Assembly: GCF_008065095.1 (NCBI RefSeq)
Contig: NZ_CP042911.1
Coordinates: 5,310,001 to 5,342,000, forward strand
Direction of reading: 5' to 3'
From: Gemmata obscuriglobus
GTDB lineage: Bacteria > Planctomycetota > Planctomycetia > Gemmatales > Gemmataceae
Length of the DNA: 32,000 nt
Shown here: positions 15,360-25,002 of the stretch, piece after piece
Numbering within the stretch: the first letter of the stretch is position 1
How the letters are laid out: each line of letters begins with the position of its first letter
Position numbers and translations under genes: made by a program
Notes under the pieces: generated by a model
Seen by the model: the letters and a program-made list of their open reading frames with translations, nothing else
Told to the model about the DNA's origin: nothing
Database searches by the model: none

Positions 15360-18300
15360 TTACCCGCAGCCGGTGGTTTCACCGCAGGTGTCGCACTTCA
15401 TGCACGCCCCGCTGCGCACCAGCGTGAGCTGCTGACAGTTCGAGCACGGGTCGCCCTCGTAGCCCTTCAGCCGGGCCGCCCGGATCTTCTCAGCCTGCGT
15501 ACCCGCCACCGGGGTGTAACTGTTCCGCGGCGGGAGAACGGCGGTGCCGTTCCCGTTCGCCTTCGCGTGCCCGTTCCCGTTGCCGTTCGCGTGCCCGTTA
15601 CCGTTGCCGTTGGTTACCCGCGGCGGGGGCGTCTGGATCACGTCGCTGCTCGGCTTCGGGGCCGTTCCCGTGGTCCCCGGCTTCGCATGCGCCGAGCGCG
15701 GGTGCTCGATCGCGGGCTTCGGCGGCGCCTTCGTGTCGACGGTGCGGGTGCTCACCACCACCTCGTCGTCGAAGTCGGGGTCGTCGTCGTCGTCGTGCAT
15801 CGTGTCCCCGCGCAGGTCCTCGGGGAGCACGTGGGCCAGGTCCTTGCGGTCCAGGTACGTGATCGCCAGCTCGCGGAAGATGTAGTCGATGATCGACGTG
15901 GACATCTTGATGTACGGGTTCCCCTGCACCACCCCGTTCGGCTCGAAGCGGGTGAACAGGAACGCGTCGATGTACTCCTCCAGCGGCACCCCGTGCTGGA
16001 GCCCGAGCGACACCGCGATGGCGAAGCAGTTGGTCATGCTCCGGAACGCGGCGCCCTCCTTGTGCATGTCGATGAAGATCTCGCCGAGCGTGCCGTCCTC
16101 GTACTCGCCGGTGCGGATGTACATCTTGTGGTTGCCGATGCGGGCCTTCTGGGTGTAGCCCGCGCGGCGGTCCGGCAGCCGCCGCCGCTTCGCGATGTAC
16201 CGGTGAACGATCCGCTCGGTGATCTTCTCGGCCACCTGCACCTGCGGCGCCTTCGCCTCGGCCTTCTCGGCCTCCGGCGTGACCGACGCGAGCAGCGCCG
16301 CCTCCGGCGAGTCCGCGACGGAGTTCAGCGGCTGGGACAGCTTCGAGCCGTCGCGGTAGAGCGCGTTGGCCTTGGTCATCAACTGCCACGACAGCAGGTA
16401 CGCCTTCTTCACGTCCTCGACGGTGGCGTCGTAGGGCATGTTGATGGTCTTCGAGATCGCCCCGCTGATGTACGGCTGGGCCGCGGCCATCATGCGGATG
16501 TGCGACTCCCACGACAGGTACCGCTTGCCGGTCTTGCCGCACTTGTTGGCGCAGTCGAACACCGCGTAGTGCTCGGGCTTCAGGTGCGGGGCGCCCTCAA
16601 TGGTCATCGTGCCGCACACGTAGCCGTTGGCCTCCGCGACCTGGGTCTTCGAGAACCCGAGGTGCGTGAGCAGGTCGAACGTCGGCGCGGCGAGCGCCTC
16701 CGCCGGCACCTTCAGCACGTTCTTGACGAAGTCCTCGCCGAGGGTCCAGGTGTTGAACACGAACGGCAGCTCGAAGGTGCCGGGCAGTTGCGCCTCGATC
16801 TTCTTCAGCAACTCGTCCGTGAACCCCTTGGCCTTCAGCACGGCCGGGTTGATGTGCGGGCACCCGTGCAGCGTCGCGGCGCCGCGGCTGTACCGCACGA
16901 TGTCCTCGATCTGCCAGTTGGCGTAGCCCAGCTTGGCGAGCGCCGGCGGCACCGACTGGTTGATGATCTTGAAGTACCCGCCGCCGGCCAGCTTCTTGAA
17001 CTTCACCAGCGCGAAGTCCGGCTCGATGCCGGTGGTGTCACAATCCATCACCAACCCGATAGTGCCGGTTGGAGCGACAACCGTGACCTGGGCGTTGCGG
17101 TACCCGTGGCGCTCGCCGAGTTCGAGCATCCGGTCGGACTCGCGGCGGGCGGCGGCGAGCAGGTCGGGCGGGCAGTACCGGGCGTCGATGCCGACCGGGT
17201 ACACCGACAGCCCCTCGTACTCGGCGGGGGCGGCGTTGTAGGCCGCGCGGCGGTGGTTGCGGACCACCCGCAGCATGTGGTCGCGGTTGGCGGCGTAGCG
17301 GGCGAACGGCCCCACCTCCGCGGCCATCTCGGCGCTGGCGGCGTAGGCCCCGGCGTGCATGATCGCGGTCAGCGCGCCGCACTGCGCCCGGCCCTCGGCC
17401 GAGTCGTAGGAGATGCCCTGCACCATCAGCAGCGCGCCGAGGTTGGCGTACCCGAGGCCGAGCGTGCGGAAGTCGTACGACTTCTGCGCGACCGACTGGC
17501 TCGGGAACTGCGCCATGTACACGCTGACCTCAAGGATCATGGTCCAGATGCGGACCGCGTGCCGGTACGCCTCAATGTCGAACTTGCCGGCCTTCGTGTC
17601 GAAGAACGTGGTCAGGTTCAGCGACGCGAGGTTGCACGCCGTGTCGTCGAGGAAGAGGTACTCCGAGCACGGGTTGCTCGCGCGGATCTCGCCGTCGAGC
17701 GGGCATGTGTGCCATTCGTTGATGGTGGTGTGGAACTGCACGCCGGGGTCGGCGCAGCTCCACGCGGCGTAGCTGATCTGGTCCCACAGCTCGCGGGCCG
17801 GCAGCGTCTTCTTGGCCTTGGGCGCGCGGCCCTCCTTCTTGGCCTTCTCCAGCTCGGTGCGCCAGAAGAGCTGCCACGGGCCGTTGTTCTCGACGGCGCG
17901 CATGAACTCGTTCGGGATGCGCACCGAGTTGTTGCTGTTCTGGCCGGAGACCGTGTAGTACGCCTTCGAGTTCCAGTCGGTGTCGTACTCGTCGATCTCG
18001 ATGCTCTTCCAGCCCTGGCGGGCCAGTTGCAGCACGCGGGCGATGTAGTTCTCGGGGAGCAGCGCCGCGCGGGCTTCAAGAACCGCCTTGCGCAGGGCGG
18101 CGTTCTTGGTCGGGTCGTAGCGCTCCTCGGCGACGGCGTGCCCGTGCAGCGCCCGCATGATCGCGTTGAGGTGCTTGTTCAGGAGGCGCGAGCCGGTGAC
18201 GAGGTCCGCGACCTTCTGTTCCTCGGTGACCTTCCAGTTCACGAACTCTTCGATGTCCGGGTGGTCCAGGTCGAGCACGACCATCTTGGCGGCGCGGCGG

Positions 18301-19100
18301 GTGGTGCCGCCGCTCTTGATGGCCCCCGCGGCGCGGTCGCCGATCTTGAGGAAGCTCATCAGCCCCGACGACTTGCCGCCGCCGGACAGCGGCTCGCCCT
18401 CGCCTCGGAGCGAGGAGAAGTTCGAGCCCGTGCCGCTGCCGTACTTGAAGATGCGCGCCTCGCGCACCCACAGGTCCATGATGCCGCCTTCGTTCACGAG
18501 GTCGTCCGCGACCTCCTGAATGAAGCACGCGTGCGGGGCCGGCCGCTCGTAAGCGGACGTGGAGCGTTCCAGCTCGCCCGAGAGGGGGTTGACGAAGAAG
18601 TGGCCCTGGGGCGGTCCCTCGATCCCGTACGCCCAGTGGAGACCGGTGTTGAACCACTGCGGGCTGTTGGGCGCCGCCATCTGCATGGCGAGCATGTAGC
18701 AGACTTCGTCGTAGAACGCGCGGGCGTCGCGCTCGCTGGTGAAGTAGCCGCCCTTCCAGCCCCAGTAGGTCCAGCAGCCCGCGAGCCGGTGGAACACCTG
18801 GCGCGAGTCCGTTTCGCCACCGGCAGGCGTGTCGGCCGACACCGGCGCGCTGCGCTGAATCCAGGCCGGAACGTTTTCTTCGTGAACGCGGTTGAGGCGC
18901 GCCGGGACGCCCGCGCGACGGAAGTACTTCTGAGCGAGGATGTCGACCGCCACCTGCGACCACTTCGCCGGCACCATCACGTCCGTCATCTCGAACACGA
19001 CCGACCCGTTCGGGTTGCGGATCGTGGAGCTGCGCGGGGCGAACTCGATGCCGACGAAAGGGTCTTGCCCTTCACGAGTGAAACGGCGCGTGATCAGCAT
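15360..19100 (-). CDS. nrdJ: adenosylcobalamin-dependent (class II) ribonucleotide reductase
   Basis: 1246-aa ORF. The N-terminus [15 protein letters not shown]...[35 protein letters not shown], plus [15 protein letters not shown] and TINMP, are class II RNR signatures. The C-terminal Cys-rich tail [28 protein letters not shown] fits the zinc-finger tail known for class II RNRs. Confidence 0.92.
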   Translation of the reverse strand: MLITRRFTREGQDPFVGIEFAPRSSTIRNPNGSVVFEMTDVMVPAKWSQVAVDILAQKYFRRAGVPARLNRVHEENVPAWIQRSAPVSADTPAGGETDSRQVFHRLAGCWTYWGWKGGYFTSERDARAFYDEVCYMLAMQMAAPNSPQWFNTGLHWAYGIEGPPQGHFFVNPLSGELERSTSAYERPAPHACFIQEVADDLVNEGGIMDLWVREARIFKYGSGTGSNFSSLRGEGEPLSGGGKSSGLMSFLKIGDRAAGAIKSGGTTRRAAKMVVLDLDHPDIEEFVNWKVTEEQKVADLVTGSRLLNKHLNAIMRALHGHAVAEERYDPTKNAALRKAVLEARAALLPENYIARVLQLARQGWKSIEIDEYDTDWNSKAYYTVSGQNSNNSVRIPNEFMRAVENNGPWQLFWRTELEKAKKEGRAPKAKKTLPARELWDQISYAAWSCADPGVQFHTTINEWHTCPLDGEIRASNPCSEYLFLDDTACNLASLNLTTFFDTKAGKFDIEAYRHAVRIWTMILEVSVYMAQFPSQSVAQKSYDFRTLGLGYANLGALLMVQGISYDSAEGRAQCGALTAIMHAGAYAASAEMAAEVGPFARYAANRDHMLRVVRNHRRAAYNAAPAEYEGLSVYPVGIDARYCPPDLLAAARRESDRMLELGERHGYRNAQVTVVAPTGTIGLVMDCDTTGIEPDFALVKFKKLAGGGYFKIINQSVPPALAKLGYANWQIEDIVRYSRGAATLHGCPHINPAVLKAKGFTDELLKKIEAQLPGTFELPFVFNTWTLGEDFVKNVLKVPAEALAAPTFDLLTHLGFSKTQVAEANGYVCGTMTIEGAPHLKPEHYAVFDCANKCGKTGKRYLSWESHIRMMAAAQPYISGAISKTINMPYDATVEDVKKAYLLSWQLMTKANALYRDGSKLSQPLNSVADSPEAALLASVTPEAEKAEAKAPQVQVAEKITERIVHRYIAKRRRLPDRRAGYTQKARIGNHKMYIRTGEYEDGTLGEIFIDMHKEGAAFRSMTNCFAIAVSLGLQHGVPLEEYIDAFLFTRFEPNGVVQGNPYIKMSTSIIDYIFRELAITYLDRKDLAHVLPEDLRGDTMHDDDDDPDFDDEVVVSTRTVDTKAPPKPAIEHPRSAHAKPGTTGTAPKPSSDVIQTPPPRVTNGNGNGHANGNGNGHAKANGNGTAVLPPRNSYTPVAGTQAEKIRAARLKGYEGDPCSNCQQLTLVRSGACMKCDTCGETTGCG

Positions 19101-19380
19101 GGCGTAGTCCGGCAGTTAAAGAGGCGAAGAAGAGCGGACTTCCATGAACCGCGTCTTCATGATGCCTCAGCCTGTCAGTGATCGGCAGACGGGGACGGCG
19201 AGTCGCGGGCAAGATTTACCAGCCTTGCCCAGGCGCCCGATGCGCTCCCCCGACAATCGTCACAGACAGCGCAATCTATCGGCTCACTCTAGTGAACAAG
19301 TTTCCAGAAAATCTATGTCTCTGTCAAGCCGTGAGTTGCGCCCGCGATCTGCGCCGGACATGAACCGCGCATACCGTTAT

Positions 19381-19427
19381 GCGACGCGGGCCGGCCTCTC
19401 CATCTTGGAAAGGCCGGCCCGCGTCGC
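19381..19427 (-). terminator. perfect 17-bp hairpin downstream of dcd
   Basis: GCGACGCGGGCCGGCCT (19381-19397) is the exact reverse complement of AGGCCGGCCCGCGTCGC (19411-19427). It lies 32 nt past the dcd stop on the minus strand. No U-tract follows, so termination activity is uncertain. Confidence 0.5.
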
Positions 19428-19458
19428 ACACCGACGGGAACACTGTGTGCCGTATCCG

Positions 19459-20019
19459 TCACCCACCCGCGCCGGGCACGAACGGCAGCGTCAGACCGGG
19501 TTGGTCCTGGTACTTGCCCTGTTTGTCCGCGTAGCTCGTCTTGCAGACCGCTTCGGCCTTATAGAAGAGGATCTGCGCGATCCCCTCCCCCGCGTAAATC
19601 TTCGCGGGCAGAGGCGTTGTGTTGCTGATCTCGATCGTGACACGGCCGCGCCATTCTGGTTCCAGCGGCGTTACGTTCACGATGATCCCACACCGCGCGT
19701 ACGTACTCTTCCCAACGCATACGCACAGGATGTCGCGCGGGATTTCCAGGTATTCGACCGTTTCCGCCAGGGCGAAGCTGTTCGGCGGGATGATGCAGAA
19801 ATCCGCGTCCACATCCACGAACGACTTCGGGTCGAAGTTCTTCGGATCGACCGTGCTGCCCCAGACGTTCGTGAACACCTTGAAGTGCCGGTCCACGCGC
19901 ACGTCGTAGCCGTAGCTGGTCACGCCGTAGGAGATGATCCCGGGCCGGTGCTGCTGCGGGGCGAACGGCACGATCTTTACGTCGCGTTCAATCATCCAGT
20001 CGGGAAGTACGCCCATCAC
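19459..20019 (-). CDS. dcd: dCTP deaminase
   Basis: 186 aa. The sequence [12 protein letters not shown]...[14 protein letters not shown]...[75 protein letters not shown] matches the Dcd/dUTPase-fold family along its whole length. Confidence 0.9.
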   Translation of the reverse strand: MMGVLPDWMIERDVKIVPFAPQQHRPGIISYGVTSYGYDVRVDRHFKVFTNVWGSTVDPKNFDPKSFVDVDADFCIIPPNSFALAETVEYLEIPRDILCVCVGKSTYARCGIIVNVTPLEPEWRGRVTIEISNTTPLPAKIYAGEGIAQILFYKAEAVCKTSYADKQGKYQDQPGLTLPFVPGAGG

Positions 20020-20191
20020 CCGGCCTCCTGCACTAATTCACCCTCTCCATATCGGCGCCCGAGGCCGCACGACTGCACGAAACGCGCAAGAAGGGTCGGC
20101 CGGGGCGATCAACAAGAACTGCGGTAGCGGGGTCGCGGCCCGGACCGATACAACAAGTGCCAATCAGCTTACCAGACGCGAGCACCCACAA

Positions 20192-21073
20192 ATGGCGCCC
20201 ACCATCCTGTTCCTGGCTCTCGCGACCGCGGCCCCCGCCACCGAGCTGCAAACGGAGTTGTGGCAGGTCACGCCGGGCGCGGCGGCGAAGCGGTGGGCCG
20301 CACCCGCGCAGCCGGTCACCAACACGCGGGCCGTCGTGCTGATTCCGGGGTTGCACTTCCACCCGTTGCGGCCGGTTAAGGCCGTGAAGCCCGAATTGCG
20401 CCACTGGCAGCACCCCAAGAGCGAACTGGTCAAGGCGCTCTCTAAGGACTTTGACGTGTTCGCGTTCGCCTACTCGCAAACGGTGAGCCTCGACGATGTC
20501 GCACAGTCACCGGGACTACGCACCTTCGTGGCGGAACTCCGCAAGGCGGGTTACACCGAGATCGTCCTCGTCGGGCACTCGGCGGGCGGAATCATCGGCC
20601 GGCAGTTCGCGGACCAGAACCCCGATGCCGGCGTCACGAAGGTGATCGCGGTGGCGTCCCCGTTCGCCGGGGCCGAACTCGCGACGCTCAACGTGGGCTA
20701 CCCGAAGGCGCAAGCGCCGTTCGTGAAGTCGCTGACCCCGGAAGCGCGTAAGGCGGCGGTTGGCGCCAACACCTTCAACAAAGAGATCGAGTTCGCGTGC
20801 GTCGTGTGCAAGGTCAAGCGGCTCGAATCGGACGGCGTGGTGAACCTCCGCAGCCAGTGGCCCGAAGAGCTTCAGAAGCTCGGCGTTCCGGCGGTGCTCG
20901 CAACCGTGAGCCACACGGAAGCGATGGACGAGGCCGAGAGCACCAAGACCATTCACGCGCTCGCCACGGGAAAGCTCGCCCGCTGGTCCGACGAGGAAGT
21001 GACCAACGCCCGCAAGGTGCTGTTCGGCGAGACGGTCACGCGCAACAGCTTCTTGCGCCGGCAGGCGAAGTGA
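20192..21073 (+). CDS. secreted alpha/beta-hydrolase (lipase/esterase-like)
   Basis: Track ORF 19934..21073(+). The plausible start is the ATG at 20192 (MAPTILFLALATAAPA, signal-like). The nucleophile elbow is LVGHSAGG. Candidate Asp (ESDGVV) and His (VSHTEA) residues complete a Ser-Asp-His triad. Confidence 0.75.
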   Translation: MAPTILFLALATAAPATELQTELWQVTPGAAAKRWAAPAQPVTNTRAVVLIPGLHFHPLRPVKAVKPELRHWQHPKSELVKALSKDFDVFAFAYSQTVSLDDVAQSPGLRTFVAELRKAGYTEIVLVGHSAGGIIGRQFADQNPDAGVTKVIAVASPFAGAELATLNVGYPKAQAPFVKSLTPEARKAAVGANTFNKEIEFACVVCKVKRLESDGVVNLRSQWPEELQKLGVPAVLATVSHTEAMDEAESTKTIHALATGKLARWSDEEVTNARKVLFGETVTRNSFLRRQAK

Positions 21074-21180
21074 AGTTGACGTGACCCCGGCACTCAAAGG
21101 TGCAAAACACGTTAGCGAACCACCGGGGCCACGCCGCACCATTCTACGCACCCGACCCGAAACCAATTCGAGGAAGCGAC

Positions 21181-21588
21181 ATGGCGCGCTGGCTGTTCAA
21201 GGAAGAACCCGAGACGTACAGCTTCGCCGACCTCCAGCGCGACGGTCAGGCCACCTGGACCGGCGTCAGCAACGCACTCGCCCAGAAGCACTTGCGCGCG
21301 GTCAAGAAGGGCGATCTCGTCTTCTTCTACGCCACGGGAAAGATCAAAGCCGTCGTCGGCGTGGTGGAAGTCATTGGCGACCCGTCACCGGACCCAACCG
21401 ACGACACGGGTAAGTGCGTGGCGGTGACCGTCAAGCCACTCCGGGCACTTGCAAAGCCGGTATTGCTTGCCACCGTCAAGGCCGACCCGGCTTTCGCGTC
21501 CTGGGAATTGGTGAAGCAAGCTCGGCTGTCGGTGATGCCTGTTCCGGATGCGCTATGGGAGCGGATCGAAGCGTTGGCGCAAGGTTGA
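21181..21588 (+). CDS. EVE (PUA-like, DUF55) domain protein
   Basis: ATG at 21181 preceded by GAGGAAG. MARWLFKEEPETYSFADLQRDGQATWTGVSNALAQKHLRAVKKGDLVFFYATG...VVGVVEVIGDP follows the EVE pattern (W-x-x-K-x-x-P ... W-x-G-V-x-N ... GD-x-V-x-F-Y). Length 135 aa, single domain. Confidence 0.75.
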   Translation: MARWLFKEEPETYSFADLQRDGQATWTGVSNALAQKHLRAVKKGDLVFFYATGKIKAVVGVVEVIGDPSPDPTDDTGKCVAVTVKPLRALAKPVLLATVKADPAFASWELVKQARLSVMPVPDALWERIEALAQG

Positions 21589-21645
21589 CGGATCGCGGCG
21601 CCTCTGTCGCACTCCCCAAATTGCCAGGCCCGCCGGGCCGTCCCG

Positions 21646-22299
21646 CTATTCATGTTGGGGGACCCCGATAAGCCGTTGGGCACGGTCGGGGTGTATCCGG
21701 AGCCACTCAATGGCTTCGGAACAACGGTTGGCCGGGACGGTGTGTAACACGTGGATCACGGCCTTACAGAGCGCGGCCAGCACCTGCAGCGCGGCACCCC
21801 GGCGCATCCTCGGTCTTGGCGTCCACCCGCACCTGGACCAGCACCGCGCGCCGCCGGGGCGTATGCGGTCAGCCGGTGCGCGCCCGACCCGTCCCCGTGC
21901 CGGCTGCCGCGCAAGGTCTTGCCGTCCAAAGCGATGTGGACCCGGGCCACGGGGCCGACGCGCCCGTCGAGCCACCGGGTCCGGGCCGCTTCGAGTTGCT
22001 GGGGATCGAACCGGCGCAGGGTCCGGGACAGGGTCGATGCGGCCGGGGTCTTGCCGCGTCGGAACCCGAGCGCGTGGGCCAGCGGGAACCCGTGCTGGCG
22101 CCCGAACCGAGCGATTCCCTGGAGGCTCGTGCGCCCCATCAGCAGGGACAACGTGACCAACCCGAGCACCGCTCGCAGCGGGTCAATCCGGCCCTGCAAC
22201 CCGCGCGGGTTGCGCGGGCATCGAACACCTCGGGCTGAAGGAATTCCCCAGCTACCCAACAAACCCGCTCGAGCCAAGATGAAATAAGGAACGGCCCTG
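21646..22299 (-). pseudogene. ISAs1-family transposase remnant (frameshifted, 3'-truncated) with the left IS end retained
   Basis: The 21756..22277(-) ORF encodes an N-terminal DPR-type helix region (RIDPLRAVLGLVTLSLLMGRTSLQGIARFG) and the HIALDGKTLRGS motif typical of ISAs1 transposases. After about 21860 the sense continues in other frames (VLVQVRVDAKTED..., then AALQVLAALCKAVIHVLHTVPAN...). The coding signal ends near 21646, which is about half the expected length. CAGGGCCGTTCCTTATTTC (reverse complement of 22281-22299) fits the CAGGG end I recall for this family. Confidence 0.6.
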
Positions 22300-22484
22300 G
22301 TGAAGGTTCAAGCGCGAATGATCGCGATTGACGGGATGGTGTTGGTGCTGTGAAAAAGCGATGCGGATCAGGCGAATGACTTCTCGCCGCAGAATCCCGC
22401 GATGGGCCGAAGCGGGCACGCGACGACGGGTGTCAGGTAAGGTGTCCCCCGCCCGGTGTGGTTCCGGACGAGGGAGTTTGTGGT

Positions 22485-22512
22485 GGCTCGTTCTGCGGCC
22501 ACGGAACGAGCC
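22485..22512 (-). terminator. hairpin downstream of rny
   Basis: GGCTCGTTC (22485-22493) pairs with GAACGAGCC (22504-22512). It lies 30 nt past the rny stop on the minus strand and has no U-tract. Confidence 0.35.
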
Positions 22513-22542
22513 GGGGCGGCTGCCCGTTTGCGTAAGTCGTTG

Positions 22543-24147
22543 CTATTTCGCCACATCGGTGGCGCGGCTCTCGCGGATCACCGTGACCTTGATTTCGCCG
22601 GGGTAGTCGAGCTGCTGCTCGATCGCCCGAGCGATGTCCCGGCAGATGCGGACCGCGTCGGCGTCGGTGGTGCGGTGCGCGTTCGCCAGCACCCGCAACT
22701 CGCGGCCCGCCTGAATCGCGAACGCGTGGTCCACTTCCGGGAACCCGCACGCGACCGCTTCCAGGTCCGCGAGACGCTTCACGTACTTCTCAAGTGTTTC
22801 GCGCCGCGCTCCCGGCCGGCTCGCGCTGATCGCGTCCGCCGACGCCACCAGGACGGTGTAAATGTTGTCGATGGTGATGTCGTCGTGGTGCCCGGCGATC
22901 GCGTGGAGCACCTCCTTGCTCGACTCGCCGTATCGCTTCGCCAGTTCGGCCCCCACCTTGGGGTGGCCCCCTTCCATCTCGTGGTCCGCGGCCTTGCCCA
23001 CGTCGTGCAGCAGCCCGCACCGGCGGGCGAGTTGGGCGTTCAGCCCCAGCTCGGACGCCATGATCCCGCACAGGTGCGCCACCTCGACCGAGTGGGCGAG
23101 TACGTTCTGGCTGTAGCTCGTGCGGAACCGCAGCCGGCCCAGCAGGTACACCAGTTTCTCGTGCGGCATCGGCACGTCGGCGTCGAGCACCGCTTTCGTG
23201 CCCAGTTCCTGGATGTGCTTCTCCATCTCGGCCTGCGTCTCCGCCACCACCTCTTCGATGCGGGTCGGGTGGATGCGGCCGTCCTGGATCAGCTTGGTGA
23301 GCGCGAGGCGGGCGATCTCGCGGCGCACGTTGTCGAACGCCGACACGATGACCACCCCGGGCGTGTCGTCCACGATCACGTCCACGCCGGTGAGCTTCTC
23401 GAAGGTGCGGATGTTGCGCCCCTCGCGGCCGATGATCCGGCCCTTCATGTCGTCCGACGGGATGTCCACGGTGCTGACCGTCGCGCCGGCGGTCTGGTGC
23501 GCGGCGTACCGCTGGATCGCGATCGTCACGATCTCGCGGGCGGTCGCCTCGGCCTGCTGCTTCACCCGCTCCTCGTGCTGGCGGATCTTCTTCGCCACCT
23601 CCTCGGCGAGTTCGCGCTCCAGGCGCTCCAGGAGCAGCTTCTGCGCCTCGTCGCGGGACAGACCACTGATCTCGTGCAGCCGCTTCGTTTCCGCCTCCAC
23701 CAGCTCGTCGAGGTGGCGGGCCTTGTGGTCGAGGGCGCTCTCGCGCTCGGCCAGCTTCTCGCGGGCGGCGTCGAGCTGCTTGTCCTTGCGGGCCAGCTCG
23801 CGGTGCTGCTGCTCCAGGGCGTCCTCGCGCTTCTCCACGCGGCGCTCGAACTCGCGCACCTCGGCGCGCGCGGTCTCCAGCTCGCGGCTCAGCTCCTCGC
23901 GGCGGCGGACGGCCTCGTCGCGGGCCTTCAACTCGGCGTCGCGGACGATGCGGTCGGCGTCGCGGCGGGACTCTTCGATCAGCTCTTCGCCCTTGGCGGC
24001 TGCGAGACGCAGGGCCTCGGGGTCCGGGACCGTGACATGGGGCACCGGAGCCGCCAGGGGCGACGACCGGCGCACGACCAGGTACGTGCCGCCGATGCTC
24101 ACGAGCACCGCGGCGACGACCAGCCCGCCGATCAGTAGCGGGTCCAT
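22543..24147 (-). CDS. rny: ribonuclease Y
   Basis: Track ORF 22543..24300(-). The start is probably the ATG at 24147, with AAGGAG 8 nt upstream. It has an N-terminal TM helix ([25 protein letters not shown]), a coiled-coil region and a KH domain ([26 protein letters not shown]). The HD domain is [15 protein letters not shown]...LLHDVGKA...AIAGHH. Confidence 0.92.
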   Translation of the reverse strand: MDPLLIGGLVVAAVLVSIGGTYLVVRRSSPLAAPVPHVTVPDPEALRLAAAKGEELIEESRRDADRIVRDAELKARDEAVRRREELSRELETARAEVREFERRVEKREDALEQQHRELARKDKQLDAAREKLAERESALDHKARHLDELVEAETKRLHEISGLSRDEAQKLLLERLERELAEEVAKKIRQHEERVKQQAEATAREIVTIAIQRYAAHQTAGATVSTVDIPSDDMKGRIIGREGRNIRTFEKLTGVDVIVDDTPGVVIVSAFDNVRREIARLALTKLIQDGRIHPTRIEEVVAETQAEMEKHIQELGTKAVLDADVPMPHEKLVYLLGRLRFRTSYSQNVLAHSVEVAHLCGIMASELGLNAQLARRCGLLHDVGKAADHEMEGGHPKVGAELAKRYGESSKEVLHAIAGHHDDITIDNIYTVLVASADAISASRPGARRETLEKYVKRLADLEAVACGFPEVDHAFAIQAGRELRVLANAHRTTDADAVRICRDIARAIEQQLDYPGEIKVTVIRESRATDVAK

Positions 24148-25002
24148 TGTGAGCCACTCCTTACGGTGGCCCGTCGAAGCTCGGCAGCGGGACGGCCGGT
24201 CCGCGCCATCACGAACCCGGTTCGCGGGCGCGAGCGGGCGCGGAACGGCGCACGAACCTGGTCCCCTCCACATGAAAACGGCTATCACCCGGTCGGGCAC
24301 GAGGCACCGGCCGGGCGGTCGTCGGTGTCAAGCCCCGCGCGCGGCGGGTCCGAGGTGCGACGGGCGAACCGGTATCGCTTTTGAGGTTAAACGGGTCGCG
24401 TACCGTCCGTGACGGTCGCCGGCGAGACGACCGCGCCCGTGGAATCCCGCGCGGCCGTCCTGGCGCGCCGGGGGTTGTGGTTATTATTACCGGCGCGAAG
24501 TTCGGCTGCAACTGAACACCGCGCCAAGTTCGGATTCCGCTTTTCGCGAAACCCGCGCACCCGGCCGGGGCGTTGCGGGCAATTCCTTTCGGTGACCCGT
24601 AACGGAGCAGGTCAAGGGGCTTGAGCGGGAACTGGCTCAAACCCCTTCGCCGGTATCAGGGTGTGCAGAGGTGTTGACCGCGGAACTGGAGCACCTCCGA
24701 ACTCTACGGCGTATGTGTCTCAATTGCGTTAATCGATTGATCGTCTGTGCAAAGACACCGGGCGCAAATGAAAACTGATAACATTCACTGCACTTGCATG
24801 ATTTCTTCACATTTACCTATGTCATTTAACTGCATAAGTTTGCGCTGACTGATGAGGCGGCATTAAGACCCTGTGTCGCTCAGATGCGGCGATGCCACTT
24901 CCCGCTCCGCGAAGCGCCATACGCTAGTCAACGTCACGCCCAATAGCTCGCCATACCCCCGCCAGCCCGCCACTGCCGTTGGCAAAATTCTGAGGTTTTT
25001 TG

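Noticed and set aside
15312-19181. 1289-aa plus-strand ORF antisense to nrdJ
   Set aside because: It has Arg/Val/Gly-rich mirror-frame composition. The minus frame carries unmistakable class II RNR motifs.
19101-19380. NrdR boxes or a cobalamin riboswitch upstream of nrdJ
   Set aside because: The best palindrome, CACTCTAGTG, has CAC-N4-GTG spacing rather than the longer 16-bp NrdR box layout. I saw no second box at the usual 31-32 bp phasing and no B12-box or riboswitch core sequences.
22456-24412. ORFs 22456..24138(+), 23120..24412(+) and 22790..24157(-) overlapping rny
   Set aside because: They are low-complexity Arg/Ala/Ser/Gly translations. The 22543..24147(-) frame has the TM, KH and HD domains of RNase Y.
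24209-24640. 143-aa minus-strand ORF (and the 71-72 aa plus-strand ORFs) in the rny / DUF1559 intergenic region
   Set aside because: It has Arg/Pro-rich off-frame-like composition, no start context and no motifs. I treated the region as non-coding.
24768-24848. 26-codon Cys-containing ORF (MKTDNIHCTCMISSHLPMSFNCISLR) in the AT-rich island
   Set aside because: It has no SD, an AT-rich codon usage unlike every supported gene here, and nothing recognisable as a leader or RiPP context. It is most likely a chance ORF in promoter DNA.
24960-24985. GCCACTG (B12-box-like heptamer) just upstream of the first DUF1559 gene
   Set aside because: It is an isolated heptamer. None of the other conserved cobalamin-riboswitch elements are nearby.
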